A stretch of DNA of 64,000 nucleotides, from NCBI GenBank assembly GCA_032718475.1, contig JAUCBJ010007776.1, positions 1 to 64,000 on the forward strand, written 5' to 3'. This document shows, one piece after another, positions 9,935 through 24,800 of the stretch (positions are counted from its first letter, which is position 1; each line of letters starts with the position of its first letter). The notes beneath the pieces are model-generated. The model was not told where the DNA came from, did not search any database, and worked only from the letters and a program-made list of their open reading frames with translations. The position numbers and the translations under genes are program-made. Source of the stretch: Nemertoderma westbladi. Taxonomy: Eukaryota; Animalia; Xenacoelomorpha.

Positions 9935-12255
9935 GGGTTGGTGTGTTGTGTATACGCATGGTGGGTGTTTAATGATGGGTGTATGTATAATATACGGTGG
10001 GTGATTAAGGGTGGGTGTATATGGTGGGTGTTTGAGGGTGGGTGTATACGGTTGGTCTTTGTGGGTGGGTGTATACGGTGGGTGTTTAAGGGTGAGTGTA
10101 TTCAACGGTGGGTGTTTAAGGGTTGGTGTATACGGTGGGTGTTTGAGGGTGGGTGTATACGGTTGGTCTTTGTGGCTGGGTGTATACGGTGGGTGTTTAA
10201 GGGTGAGTGTATTCAACGGTGGGTGTTTGAGGGTGGGTGTATTCAACGGTGGGTGTTTAAGGGTGAGTGTATTCAACGGTGGGTGTTTGAGGGTGGGTGT
10301 ATACGGTGGGTGTTTGAGGGTGGGTGTATTCAACGGTGGGTGTTTAAGGGTGAGTGTATTCAACGGTGGGTGTTTAAGGGTGAGTGTATTCAACGGTTGG
10401 TGTATATGGTGGGTGTTTAAGGGTGAGTGTATTCAACGGTGGGTGTTTAAGGGCTGGTGTATACTGTGGGTGTTTGAGGGTGGGTTTATACGGTGGGTGT
10501 TTGAGGGTGGGTGTATACGGTGGGTGTTTGAGGGTGGGTGTATACGGTGGGTGTATATGGTGGGTGTTTAAGGGTGAGTGTATTCAACGGTGGGTGTGTA
10601 AGGGGTTGTGTATACGGTGGGTGTTTGAGGGTGGGTGTATACGGTGGGTGTTTGAGGGTGGGTGTATACAGTGGGTGTTTGAGGGTGGGTATATACGGTG
10701 GGTGTTTAAGGGTGAGTGTATTCAACGGTGGGTGTTTAAGGGGTGGTGTATACGGTGGGTGTTTGAGGGTGGGTGTATACGGTGGGTGTTTGAGGGTGGG
10801 TGTATACGGTGGGTGTTTAAGGGTGAGTGTATTCAACGGTGGGTGTTTAAGGGGTGGTGTATACGGTGGGTGTTTGAGGGTGGGTGTATACGGTGGGTGT
10901 TTGAGGGTGGGTGTATACGGTGGGTGTTTGAGGGTGGGTGTATACGGTGGGTGTTTGAGGGTGGGTGTATACGGTGGGTGTTTGAGGGTGGGTGTATACG
11001 GTGGGTGTTTAAGGGTGAGTGTATTCAACGGTGGGTGTTTAAGGGGTGGTGTATACGGTGGGTGTTTGAGGGTGGGTGTTTGAGGGTGGGTGTATACGGT
11101 GGGTGTTTGAGGGTGAGTGTATACGGTGGGTGTTTGAGGGTGGGTGTATACGGTGGGTGTTTGAGGGTGGGTGTATACGGTGGGTGTTTAAGGGTGAGTG
11201 TATTCAACGGTGGGTGTTTAAGGGTGAGTGTATTCAACGGTGGGTGTTTAAGGGTGTATACGGTAAGTGTTTGAGGGTGGGTGTTTGAGGGTGGGTGTAT
11301 ACGGTGGGTGTTTAAGGATGGGTGTATACGGTGGGTGTTTGAGGGTGGGTGTATACGGTGGGTGTTTAAGGATGGGTGTATACGGTGGGTGTTTAAGGAC
11401 GGGTGAATACGGTGGGTGTTTGAGGGTGGGTGTTTGAGGGTGGGTGTATACGGTGGGTGTTTGAGGGTGAGTGTATACGGTGGGTGTTTGAGGGTGGGTG
11501 TATACGGTGGGTGTTTGAGGGTGGGTGTATACGGTGGGTGTTTAAGGGTGAGTGTATTCAACGGTGGGTGTTTAAGGGTGAGTGTATTCAACGGTGGGTG
11601 TTTAAGGGTGTATACGGTAAGTGTTTGAGGGTGGGTGTTTGAGGGTGGGTGTATACGGTGGGTGTTTAAGGATGGGTGTATACGGTGGGTGTTTGAGGGT
11701 GGGTGTATACGGTGGGTGTTTAAGGATGGGTGTATACGGTGGGTGTTTAAGGACGGGTGAATACGGTGGGTGTTTAAGGACGGGTGTAAACGGTGGGTGT
11801 TTGAGGGTGGGTGTATTCAACGGTGGGTGTTTAAGGGTGTATACGGTAAGTGTTTGAGGGTGGGTGTATACATTATATTAAATAATGTGTGTGTATACGG
11901 TGGGTGTATACGTTGGGTGTTTAATAATGTGTGTGTATACGGTGGGTGTATACGTTGGGTGTTTAATAATGTGTGTGTATACGGTGGGTGTATACGTTGG
12001 GTGTTTAATAATGTGTGTGTATACGGTGGGTGTATACGTTGGGTGTTTAATAATGTGTGTGTATACATTGGGTGTATACGTTGGGTGTTTAATAATGTGT
12101 GTGTATACGGTGGGTGTATACGTTGGGTGTTTAATAATGTGTGTGTATACGTTGGGTGTTTAATAATGTGTGTGTATACGGTGGGTGTATACGTTGGGTG
12201 TTTAATAATGTGTGTGTATACATTGGGTGTTTACGTTGGGTGACATAGGGTTGGG
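9935..12255. repeat. Heterogeneous G/T-rich minisatellite (27-30 bp units, gggtgtttgagggtgggtgtatacggt; ~42-bp variant at the right end)
   Basis: Direct reading; related to the 8706-9203 unit. Confidence 0.93.
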
Positions 12256-12873
12256 TAATAGTTACTATATGTCAGATCATTAGTTGGTTCTTAGGTTGCC
12301 ACTGACAAACTTTATTAATTGTCTTTTAATGCACATTAGCTCAACGCCGATTGGTATTTTACGTCTGTTTCGAAGTTTGAGATAAATTTCTGATATTTTT
12401 ACTTAACCTTTAAACTTTTGGATATTTTGAAGTTTTATTTCTATAACGAAAATTTAATTTTTCTTTAGATATTCTTCGCTGCAACAATATTGTGATTAAA
12501 ATCTACTTTATTCCTTATTTCTACTTATTCTACTTTATGTTCCTAGTTTATTATCTTTGATGCCAAATGGAATAATTTTCCTGTTTCGTAATAAAGAGTT
12601 TAAATAATTTTATGAATTCCAAAAATATAAGTAGTTCGTGTAGTTACCGGTATTTGTAATGAATTAATAATATTAATTGCATTTATTTCAATTGGCGCAA
12701 ATGTGAACATTGTGGGGCGAGTCACAAAGTGTTGGCGAGCCATCAGCGAACATTGTTCTCCTTGTTAAAATGTTTTTGTTGAATTTAAAATATTTACTTT
12801 TCAAGATTATTTAGTTTGTTAGTTTTGTAAGAAAAGTCAATGTGGATGGCATTCATCCATAACAGCATAACAG

Positions 12874-15800
12874 CTCAATAAACCACACACACCCGTGAGA
12901 TACATAACAGCAGCACACTATGTTAGGTCTCAATAAACCACCCACACAGGTGAGATACATAACAGTAGCACACTATGTTAGGTCTCAATAAACCACCCAC
13001 ACAGGTGAGATACATAACAGCAGCACACTATGTTAGGTCTCAATAAACCACCCACACCCGTGAGATACATAACAGCAGCACACTATGTTAGGTCTCAATA
13101 AACCACCCACACCCGTGAGATACATAACAGCAGCACACTATGTTAGGTCTCAATAAACCACCCACACCCGGGAGATACATAACAGTAGCACACTATGTTA
13201 GGTCTCAATAAACCACCCACACCCGTGAGATACATAACAGTAGCACACTATGTTAGGTCTCAATAAACCACCCACACAGGTGAGATACATAACAGCAGCA
13301 CACTATGTTAGGTCTCAATAAACCACCCACACAGGTGAGATACATAACAGTAGCACACTATGTTAGGTCTCAATAAACCACCCACACCCGTGAGATACAT
13401 AACAGTAGCACACTATGTTAGGTCTCAATAAACCACCCACACAGGTGAGATACATAACAGCAGCACACTATGTTAGGTCTCAATAAACCACCCACACCCG
13501 TGAGATACATAACAGCAGCACACTATGTTAGGTCTCAATAAACCACCCACACCCGTGAGATACATAACAGCAGCACACTATGTTAGGTCTCAATAAACCA
13601 CCCACACAGGTGAGATACATAACAGCAGCACACTATGTTAGGTCTCAATAAACCACCCACACAGGTGAGATACATAACAGTAGCACACTATGTTAGGTCT
13701 CAATAAACCACCCACACAGGTGAGATACATAACAGCAGCACACTATGTTAGGTCTCAATAAACCACCCACACCCGTGAGATACATAACAGTAGCACACTA
13801 TGTTAGGTCTCAATAAACCACCCACACAGGTGAGATACATAACAGCAGCACACTATGTTAGGTCTCAATAAAACACCCACACCCGTGATATACATAACAG
13901 CAGCACACTATGTTAGGTCTCAATAAACCACCCACACAGGTGAGATACATAACAGTAGCACACTATGTTAGGTCTCAATAAACCACCCACACAGGTGAGA
14001 TACATAACAGCAGCACACTATGTTAGGTCTCAATAAACCACCCACACAGGTGAGATACATAACAGTAGCACACTATGTTAGGTCTCAATAAACCACCCAC
14101 ACCCGTGAGATACATAACGGCAGCACACTATGTTAGGTCTCAATAAACCACCCACACAGGTGAGATACATAACAGCAGCACACTATGTTAGGTCTCAATA
14201 AACCACCCACACAGGTGAGATACATAACAGTAGCACACTATGTTAGGTCTCAATAAACCACCCACACAGGTGAGATACATAACAGCAGCACACTATGTTA
14301 GGTCTCAATAAACCACCCACACCCGTGAGATACATAACAGCAGCACACTATGTTAGGTCTCAATAAACCACCCACACCCGTGAGATACATAACAGTAGCA
14401 CACTATGTTAGGTCTCAATAAACCACCCACACAGGTGAGATACATAACAGCAGCACACTATGTTAGGTCTCAATAAACCACCCACACAGGTGAGATACAT
14501 AACAGCAGCACACTATGTTAGGTCTCAATAAACCACCCACACCCGTGAGATACATAACAGCAGCACACTATGTTAGGTCTCAATAAACCACCCACACAGG
14601 TGAGATACATAACAGCAGCACACTATGTTAGGTCTCAATAAACCACCCACACCCGTGAGATACATAACAGTAGCACACTATGTTAGGTCTCAATAAACCA
14701 CCCACACAGGTGAGATACATAACAGCAGCACACTATGTTAGGTCTCAATAAACCACCCACACAGGTGAGATACATAACAGCAGCACACTATGTTAGGTCT
14801 CAATAAACCACCCACACAGGTGAGATACATAACAGCAGCACACTATGTTAGGTCTCAATAAACCACCCACACAGGTGAGATACATAACAGCAGCACACTA
14901 TGTTAGGTCTCAATAAACCACCCACACAGGTGAGATACATAACAGCAGCACACTATGTTAGGTCTCAATAAACCACCCACACCCGTGAGATACATAACAG
15001 CAGCACACTATGTTAGGTCTCAATAAACCACCCACACAGGTGAGATACATAACAGCAGCACACTATGTTAGGTCTCAATAAACCACCCACACCCGTGAGA
15101 TACATAACAGTAGCACACTATGTTAGGTCTCAATAAACCACCCACACAGGTGAGATACATAACAGCAGCACACTATGTTAGGTCTCAATAAACCACCCAC
15201 ACAGGTGAGATACATAACAGCAGCACACTATGTTAGGTCTCAATAAACCACCCACACAGGTGAGATACATAACAGTAGCACACTATGTTAGGTCTCAATA
15301 AACCACCCACACAGGTGAGATACATAACAGCAGCACACTATGTTAGGTCTCAATAAACCACCCACACAGGTGAGATACATAACAGCAGCACACTATGTTA
15401 GGTCTCAATAAACCACCCACACAGGTGAGATACATAACAGTAGCACACTATGTTAGGTCTCAATAAACCACCCACACAGGTGAGATACATAACAGTAGCA
15501 CACTATGTTAGGTCTCAATAAACCACCCACACAGGTGAGATACATAACAGTAGCACACTATGTTAGGTCTCAATAAACCACCCACACAGGTGAGATACAT
15601 AACAGCAGCACACTATGTTAGGTCTCAATAAACCACCCACACAGGTGAGATACATAACAGCAGCACACTATGTTAGGTCTCAATAAACCACCCACACAGG
15701 TGAGATACATAACAGCAGCACACTATGTTAGGTCTCAATAAACCACCCACACAGGTGAGATACATAACAGTAGCACACTATGTTAGGTCTCAATAAACCA

Positions 15801-18800
15801 CCCACACAGGTGAGATACATAACAGCAGCACACTATGTTAGGTCTCAATAAACCACCCACACAGGTGAGATACATAACAGCAGCACACTATGTTAGGTCT
15901 CAATAAACCACCCACACAGGTGAGATACATAACAGTAGCACACTATGTTAGGTCTCAATAAACCACCCACACAGGTGAGATACATAACAGCAGCACACTA
16001 TGTTAGGTCTCAATAAACCACCCACACAGGTGAGATACATAACAGCAGCACACTATGTTAGGTCTCAATAAACCACCCACACAGGTGAGATACATAACAG
16101 TAGCACACTATGTTAGGTCTCAATAAACCACCCACACAGGTGAGATACATAACAGTAGCACACTATGTTAGGTCTCAATAAACCACCCACACCCGTGAGA
16201 TACATAACAGCAGCACACTATGTTAGGTCTCAATAAACCACCCACACAGGTGAGATACATAACAGTAGCACACTATGTTAGGTCTCAATAAACCACCCAC
16301 ACACGTGAGATACATAACAGCAGCACACTATGTTAGGTCTCAATAAACCACCCACACAGGTGAGATACATAACAGCAGCACACTATGTTAGGTCTCAATA
16401 AACCACCCACACAGGTGAGATACATAACAGTAGCACACTATGTTAGGTCTCAATAAACCACCCACACAGGTGAGATACATAACAGCAGCACACTATGTTA
16501 GGTCTCAATAAACCACCCACACCCGTGAGATACATAACAGCAGCACACTATGTTAGGTCTCAATAAACCACCCACACCCGTGAGATACATAACAGTAGCA
16601 CACTATGTTAGGTCTCAATAAACCACCCACACAGGTGAGATACATAACAGCAGCACACTATGTTAGGTCTCAATAAACCACCCACACAGGTGAGATACAT
16701 AACAGCAGCACACTATGTTAGGTCTCAATAAACCACCCACACCCGTGAGATACATAACAGTAGCACACTATGTTAGGTCTCAATAAACCACCCACACAGG
16801 TGAGATACATAACAGCAGCACACTATGTTAGGTCTCAATAAACCACCCACACAGGTGAGATACATAACAGCAGCACACTATGTTAGGTCTCAATAAACCA
16901 CCCACACAGGTGAGATACATAACAGTAGCACACTATGTTAGGTCTCAATAAACCACCCACACCGGTGAGATACATAACAGCAGCACACTATGTTAGGTCT
17001 CAATAAACCACCCACACAGGTGAGATACATAACAGTAGCACACTATGTTAGGTCTCAATAAACCACCCACACAGGTGAGATACATAACAGCAGCACACTA
17101 TGTTAGGTCTCAATAAACCACCCACACAGGTGAGATACATAACAGTAGCACACTATGTTAGGTCTCAATAAACCACCCACACCCGTGAGATACATAACAG
17201 CAGCACACTATGTTAGGTCTCAATAAACCACCCACACCCGTGAGATACATAACAGTAGCACACTATGTTAGGTCTCAATAAACCACCCACACAGGTGAGA
17301 TACATAACAGCAGCACACTATGTTAGGTCTCAATAAACCACCCACACAGGTGAGATACATAACAGCAGCACACTATGTTAGGTCTCAATAAACCACCCAC
17401 ACAGGTGAGATACATAACAGTAGCACACTATGTTAGGTCTCAATAAACCACCCACACAGGTGAGATACATAACAGCAGCACACTATGTTAGGTCTCAATA
17501 AACCACCCACACCCGTGAGATACATAACAGCAGCACACTATGTTAGGTCTCAATAAACCACCCACACAGGTGAGATACATAACAGCAGCACACTATGTTA
17601 GGTCTCAATAAACCACCCACACAGGTGAGATACATAACAGCAGCACACTATGTTAGGTCTCAATAAACCACCCACACAGGTGAGATACATAACAGCAGCA
17701 CACTATGTTAGGTCTCAATAAACCACCCACACAGGTGAGATACATAACAGTAGCACACTATGTTAGGTCTCAATAAACCACCCACACAGGTGAGATACAT
17801 AACAGTAGCACACTATGTTAGGTCTCAATAAACCACCCACACCCGGTGAGATACATAACAGCAGCACACTATGTTAGGTCTCAATAAACCACCCACACAG
17901 GTGAGATACATAACAGTAGCACACTATGTTAGGTCTCAATAAACCACCCACACAGGTGAGATACATAACAGCAGCACACTATGTTAGGTCTCAATAAACC
18001 ACCCACACCCGTGAGATACATAACAGCAGCACACTATGTTAGGTCTCAATAAACCACCCACACAGGTGAGATACATAACAGCAGCACACTATGTTAGGTC
18101 TCAATAAACCACCCACACCAGGTGAGATACATAACAGCAGCACACTATGTTAGGTCTCAATAAACCACCCACACAGGTGAGATACATAACAGTAGCACAC
18201 TATGTTAGGTCTCAATAAACCACCCACACAGGTGAGATACATAACAGTAGCACACTATGTTAGGTCTCAATAAACCACCCACACAGGTGAGATACATAAC
18301 AGCAGCACACTATGTTAGGTCTCAATAAACCACCCACACCCGTGAGATACATAACAGCAGCACACTATGTTAGGTCTCAATAAACCACCCACACAGGTGA
18401 GATACATAACAGTAGCACACTATGTTAGGTCTCAATAAACCACCCACACAGGTGAGATACATAACAGCAGCACACTATGTTAGGTCTCAATAAACCACCC
18501 ACACCCGTGAGATACATAACAGCAGCACACTATGTTAGGTCTCAATAAACCACCCACACCCGTGAGATACATAACAGCAGCACACTATGTTAGGTCTCAA
18601 TAAACCACCCACACAGGTGAGATACATAACAGCAGCACACTATGTTAGGTCTCAATAAACCACCCACACAGGTGAGATACATAACAGCAGCACACTATGT
18701 TAGGTCTCAATAAACCACCCACACAGGTGAGATACATAACAGTAGCACACTATGTTAGGTCTCAATAAACCACCCACACAGGTGAGATACATAACAGCAG

Positions 18801-21800
18801 CACACTATGTTAGGTCTCAATAAACCACCCACACCCGTGAGATACATAACAGCAGCACACTATGTTAGGTCTCAATAAACCACCCACACAGGTGAGATAC
18901 ATAACAGTAGCACACTATGTTAGGTCTCAATAAACCACCCACACAGGTGAGATACATAACAGCAGCACACTATGTTAGGTCTCAATAAACCACCCACACC
19001 CGTGAGATACATAACAGCAGCACACTATGTTAGGTCTCAATAAACCACCCACACCCGTGAGATACATAACAGCAGCACACTATGTTAGGTCTCAATAAAC
19101 CACCCACACAGGTGAGATACATAACAGCAGCACACTATGTTAGGTCTCAATAAACCACCCACACAGGTGAGATACATAACAGCAGCACACTATGTTAGGT
19201 CTCAATAAACCACCCACACAGGTGAGATACATAACAGCAGCACACTATGTTAGGTCTCAATAAACCACCCACACAGGTGAGATACATAACAGCAGCACAC
19301 TATGTTAGGTCTCAATAAACCACCCACACCCGTGAGATACATAACAGCAGCACACTATGTTAGGTCTCAATAAACCACCCACACAGGTGAGATACATAAC
19401 AGTAGCACACTATGTTAGGTCTCAATAAACCACCCACACAGGTGAGATACATAACAGCAGCACACTATGTTAGGTCTCAATAAACCACCCACACCCGTGA
19501 GATACATAACAGCAGCACACTATGTTAGGTCTCAATAAACCACCCACACAGGTGAGATACATAACAGCAGCACACTATGTTAGGTCTCAATAAACCACCC
19601 ACACCCGTGAGATACATAACAGCAGCACACTATGTTAGGTCTCAATAAACCACCCACACAGGTGAGATACATAACAGCAGCACACTATGTTAGGTCTCAA
19701 TAAACCACCCACACCCGTGAGATACATAACAGCAGCACACTATGTTAGGTCTCAATAAACCACCCACACCCGTGAGATACATAACAGCAGCACACTATGT
19801 TAGGTCTCAATAAACCACCCACACAGGTGAGATACATAACAGCAGCACACTATGTTAGGTCTCAATAAACCACCCACACAGGTGAGATACATAACAGTAG
19901 CACACTATGTTAGGTCTCAATAAACCACCCACACCCGTGAGATACATAACAGCAGCACACTATGTTAGGTCTCAATAAACCACCCACACCCGTGAGATAC
20001 ATAACAGCAGCACACTATGTTAGGTCTCAATAAACCACCCACACAGGTGAGATACATAACAGTAGCACACTATGTTAGGTCTCAATAAACCACCCACACA
20101 GGTGAGATACATAACAGCAGCACACTATGTTAGGTCTCAATAAACCACCCACACCCGTGAGATACATAACAGCAGCACACTATGTTAGGTCTCAATAAAC
20201 CACCCACACAGGTGAGATACATAACAGCAGCACACTATGTTAGGTCTCAATAAACCACCCACACCCGTGAGATACATAACAGCAGCACACTATGTTAGGT
20301 CTCAATAAACCACCCACACAGGTGAGATACATAACAGCAGCACACTATGTTAGGTCTCAATAAACCACCCACACAGGTGAGATACATAACAGCAGCACAC
20401 TATGTTAGGTCTCAATAAACCACCCACACCCGTGAGATACATAACAGCAGCACACTATGTTAGGTCTCAATAAACCACCCACACCCGTGAGATACATAAC
20501 AGTAGCACACTATGTTAGGTCTCAATAAACCACCCACACAGGTGAGATACATAACAGCAGCACACTATGTTAGGTCTCAATAAACCACCCACACCCGTGA
20601 GATACATAACAGCAGCACACTATGTTAGGTCTCAATAAACCACCCACACAGGTGAGATACATAACAGCAGCACACTATGTTAGGTCTCAATAAACCACCC
20701 ACACCCGTGAGATACATAACAGTAGCACACTATGTTAGGTCTCAATAAACCACCCACACCCGTGAGATACATAACAGCAGCACACTATGTTAGGTCTCAA
20801 TAAACCACCCACACCCTCAATAAACCACCCACACAGGTGAGATACATAACAGTAGCACACTATGTTAGGTCTCAATAAACCACCCACACAGGTGAGATAC
20901 ATAACAGCAGCACACTATGTTAGGTCTCAATAAACCACCCACACCCGTGAGATACATAACAGCAGCACACTATGTTAGGTCTCAATAAACCACCCACACA
21001 GGTGAGATACATAACAGCAGCACACTATGTTAGGTCTCAATAAACCACCCACACAGGTGAGATACATAACAGCAGCACACTATGTTAGGTCTCAATAAAC
21101 CACCCACACCCGTGAGATACATAACAGCAGCACACTATGTTAGGTCTCAATAAACCACCCACACCCTCAATAAACCACCCACACAGGTGAGATACATAAC
21201 AGTAGCACACTATGTTAGGTCTCAATAAACCACCCACACAGGTGAGATACATAACAGCAGCACACTATGTTAGGTCTCAATAAACCACCCACACCCGTGA
21301 GATACATAACAGCAGCACACTATGTTAGGTCTCAATAAACCACCCACACAGGTGAGATACATAACAGCAGCACACTATGTTAGGTCTCAATAAACCACCC
21401 ACACCCGTGAGATACATAACAGCAGCACACTATGTTAGGTCTCAATAAACCACCCACACCCGTGAGATACATAACAGCAGCACACTATGTTAGGTCTCAA
21501 TAAACCACCCACACCCGTGAGATACATAACAGTAGCACACTATGTTAGGTCTCAATAAACCACCCACACCCGTGAGATACATAACAGCAGCACACTATGT
21601 TAGGTCTCAATAAACCACCCACACCCGTGAGATACATAACAGCAGCACACTATGTTAGGTCTCAATAAACCACCCACACCCGTGAGATACATAACAGCAG
21701 CACACTATGTTAGGTCTCAATAAACCACCCACACCCGGGAGATACATAACAGCAGCACACTATGTTAGGTCTCAATAAACCACCCACACCCGTGAGATAC

Positions 21801-24800
21801 ATAACAGCAGCACACTATGTTAGGTCTCAATAAACCACCCACACCCGTGAGATACATAACAGCAGCACACTATGTTAGGTCTCAATAAACCACCCACACC
21901 CGTGAGATACATAACAGCAGCACACTATGTTAGGTCTCAATAAACCACCCACACCCGGGAGATACATAACAGCAGCACACTATGTTAGGTCTCAATAAAC
22001 CACCCACACCCGTGAGATACATAACAGCAGCACACTATGTTAGGTCTCAATAAACCACCCACACCCGTGAGATACATAACAGCAGCACACTATGTTAGGT
22101 CTCAATAAACCACCCACACCCGTGAGATACATAACAGCAGCACACTATGTTAGGTCTCAATAAACCACCCACACCCGTGAGATACATAACAGCAGCACAC
22201 TATGTTAGGTCTCAATAAACCACCCACACCCGGGAGATACATAACAGCAGCACACTATGTTAGGTCTCAATAAACCACCCACACCCGTGAGATACATAAC
22301 AGCAGCACACTATGTTAGGTCTCAATAAACCACCCACACCCGTGAGATACATAACAGCAGCACACTATGTTAGGTCTCAATAAACCACCCACACCCGTGA
22401 GATACATAACAGCAGCACACTATGTTAGGTCTCAATAAACCACCCACACCCGTGAGATACATAACAGCAGCACACTATGTTAGGTCTCAATAAACCACCC
22501 ACACCCGTGAGATACATAACAGCAGCACACTATGTTAGGTCTCAATAAACCACCCACACCCGGGAGATACATAACAGCAGCACACTATGTTAGGTCTCAA
22601 TAAACCACCCACACCCGGGAGATACATAACAGCAGCACACTATGTTAGGTCTCAATAAACCACCCACACCCGTGAGATACATAACAGCAGCACACTATGT
22701 TAGGTCTCAATAAACCACCCACACCCGTGAGATACATAACAGCAGCACACTATGTTAGGTCTCAATAAACCACCCACACCCGTGAGATACATAACAGCAG
22801 CACACTATGTTAGGTCTCAATAAACCACCCACACCCTCAATAAACCACCCACACAGGTGAGATACATAACAGCAGCACACTATGTTAGGTCTCAATAAAC
22901 CACCCACACCCGTGAGATACATAACAGCAGCACACTATGTTAGGTCTCAATAAACCACCCACACAGGTGAGATACATAACAGCAGCACACTATGTTAGGT
23001 CTCAATAAACCACCCACACCCGTGAGATACATAACAGCAGCACACTATGTTAGGTCTCAATAAACCACCCACACCCGTGAGATACATAACAGCAGCACAC
23101 TATGTTAGGTCTCAATAAACCACCCACACCCGTGAGATACATAACAGTAGCACACTATGTTAGGTCTCAATAAACCACCCACACCCGTGAGATACATAAC
23201 AGCAGCACACTATGTTAGGTCTCAATAAACCACCCACACCCGTGAGATACATAACAGCAGCACACTATGTTAGGTCTCAATAAACCACCCACACCCGTGA
23301 GATACATAACAGCAGCACACTATGTTAGGTCTCAATAAACCACCCACACCCGTGAGATACATAACAGTAGCACACTATGTTAGGTCTCAATAAACCACCC
23401 ACACCCGTGAGATACATAACAGCAGCACACTATGTTAGGTCTCAATAAACCACCCACACCCGTGAGATACATAACAGCAGCACACTATGTTAGGTCTCAA
23501 TAAACCACCCACACCCGTGAGATACATAACAGTAGCACACTATGTTAGGTCTCAATAAACCACCCACACAGGTGAGATACATAACAGCAGCACACTATGT
23601 TAGGTCTCAATAAACCACCCACACCCGTGAGATACATAACAGCAGCACACTATGTTAGGTCTCAATAAACCACCCACACCCGTGAGATACATAACAGCAG
23701 CACACTATGTTAGGTCTCAATAAACCACCCACACCCGTGAGATACATAACAGCAGCACACTATGTTAGGTCTCAATAAACCACCCACACCCGTGAGATAC
23801 ATAACAGCAGCACACTATGTTAGGTCTCAATAAACCACCCACACCCGTGAGATACATAACAGCAGCACACTATGTTAGGTCTCAATAAACCACCCACACC
23901 CGTGAGATACATAACAGCAGCACACTATGTTAGGTCTCAATAAACCACCCACACCCGTGAGATACATAACAGCAGCACACTATGTTAGGTCTCAATAAAC
24001 CACCCACACCCGTGAGATACATAACAGCAGCACACTATGTTAGGTCTCAATAAACCACCCACACCCGTGAGATACATAACAGCAGCACACTATGTTAGGT
24101 CTCAATAAACCACCCACACCCGTGAGATACATAACAGCAGCACACTATGTTAGGTCTCAATAAACCACCCACACCCGTGAGATACATAACAGCAGCACAC
24201 TATGTTAGGTCTCAATAAACCACCCACACCCGTGAGATACATAACAGCAGCACACTATGTTAGGTCTCAATAAACCACCCACACCCGGGAGATACATAAC
24301 AGCAGCACACTATGTTAGGTCTCAATAAACCACCCACACCCGTGAGATACATAACAGCAGCACACTATGTTAGGTCTCAATAAACCACCCACACCCGGGA
24401 GATACATAACAGCAGCACACTATGTTAGGTCTCAATAAAACACCCACACCCGTGAGATACATAACAGCAGCACACTATGTTAGGTCTCAATAAACCACCC
24501 ACACCCGTGAGATACATAACAGCAGCACACTATGTTAGGTCTCAATAAACCACCCACACCCGTGAGATACATAACAGCAGCACACTATGTTAGGTCTCAA
24601 TAAACCACCCACACCCGGGAGATACATAACAGCAGCACACTATGTTAGGTCTCAATAAACCACCCACACCCGGGAGATACATAACAGCAGCACACTATGT
24701 TAGGTCTCAATAAACCACCCACACCCGGGAGATACATAACAGCAGCACACTATGTTAGGTCTCAATAAACCACCCACACCCGTGAGATACATAACAGCAG

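Noticed and set aside
5715-12243. Repeat-peptide ORFs (GPAGVTVTGF, GQFGP, PPYPPILKH, GGCLRVGVY) resembling structural proteins
   Set aside because: All coincide with tandem repeats whose unit length is a multiple of three, lying in an intron or downstream of the GUK stop.
12693-12760. Possible zinc-finger remnant WRKCEHCGASHKVLASHQR
   Set aside because: Too short, needs a frameshift to complete the motif, and has no supporting splice sites or flanking ORF.
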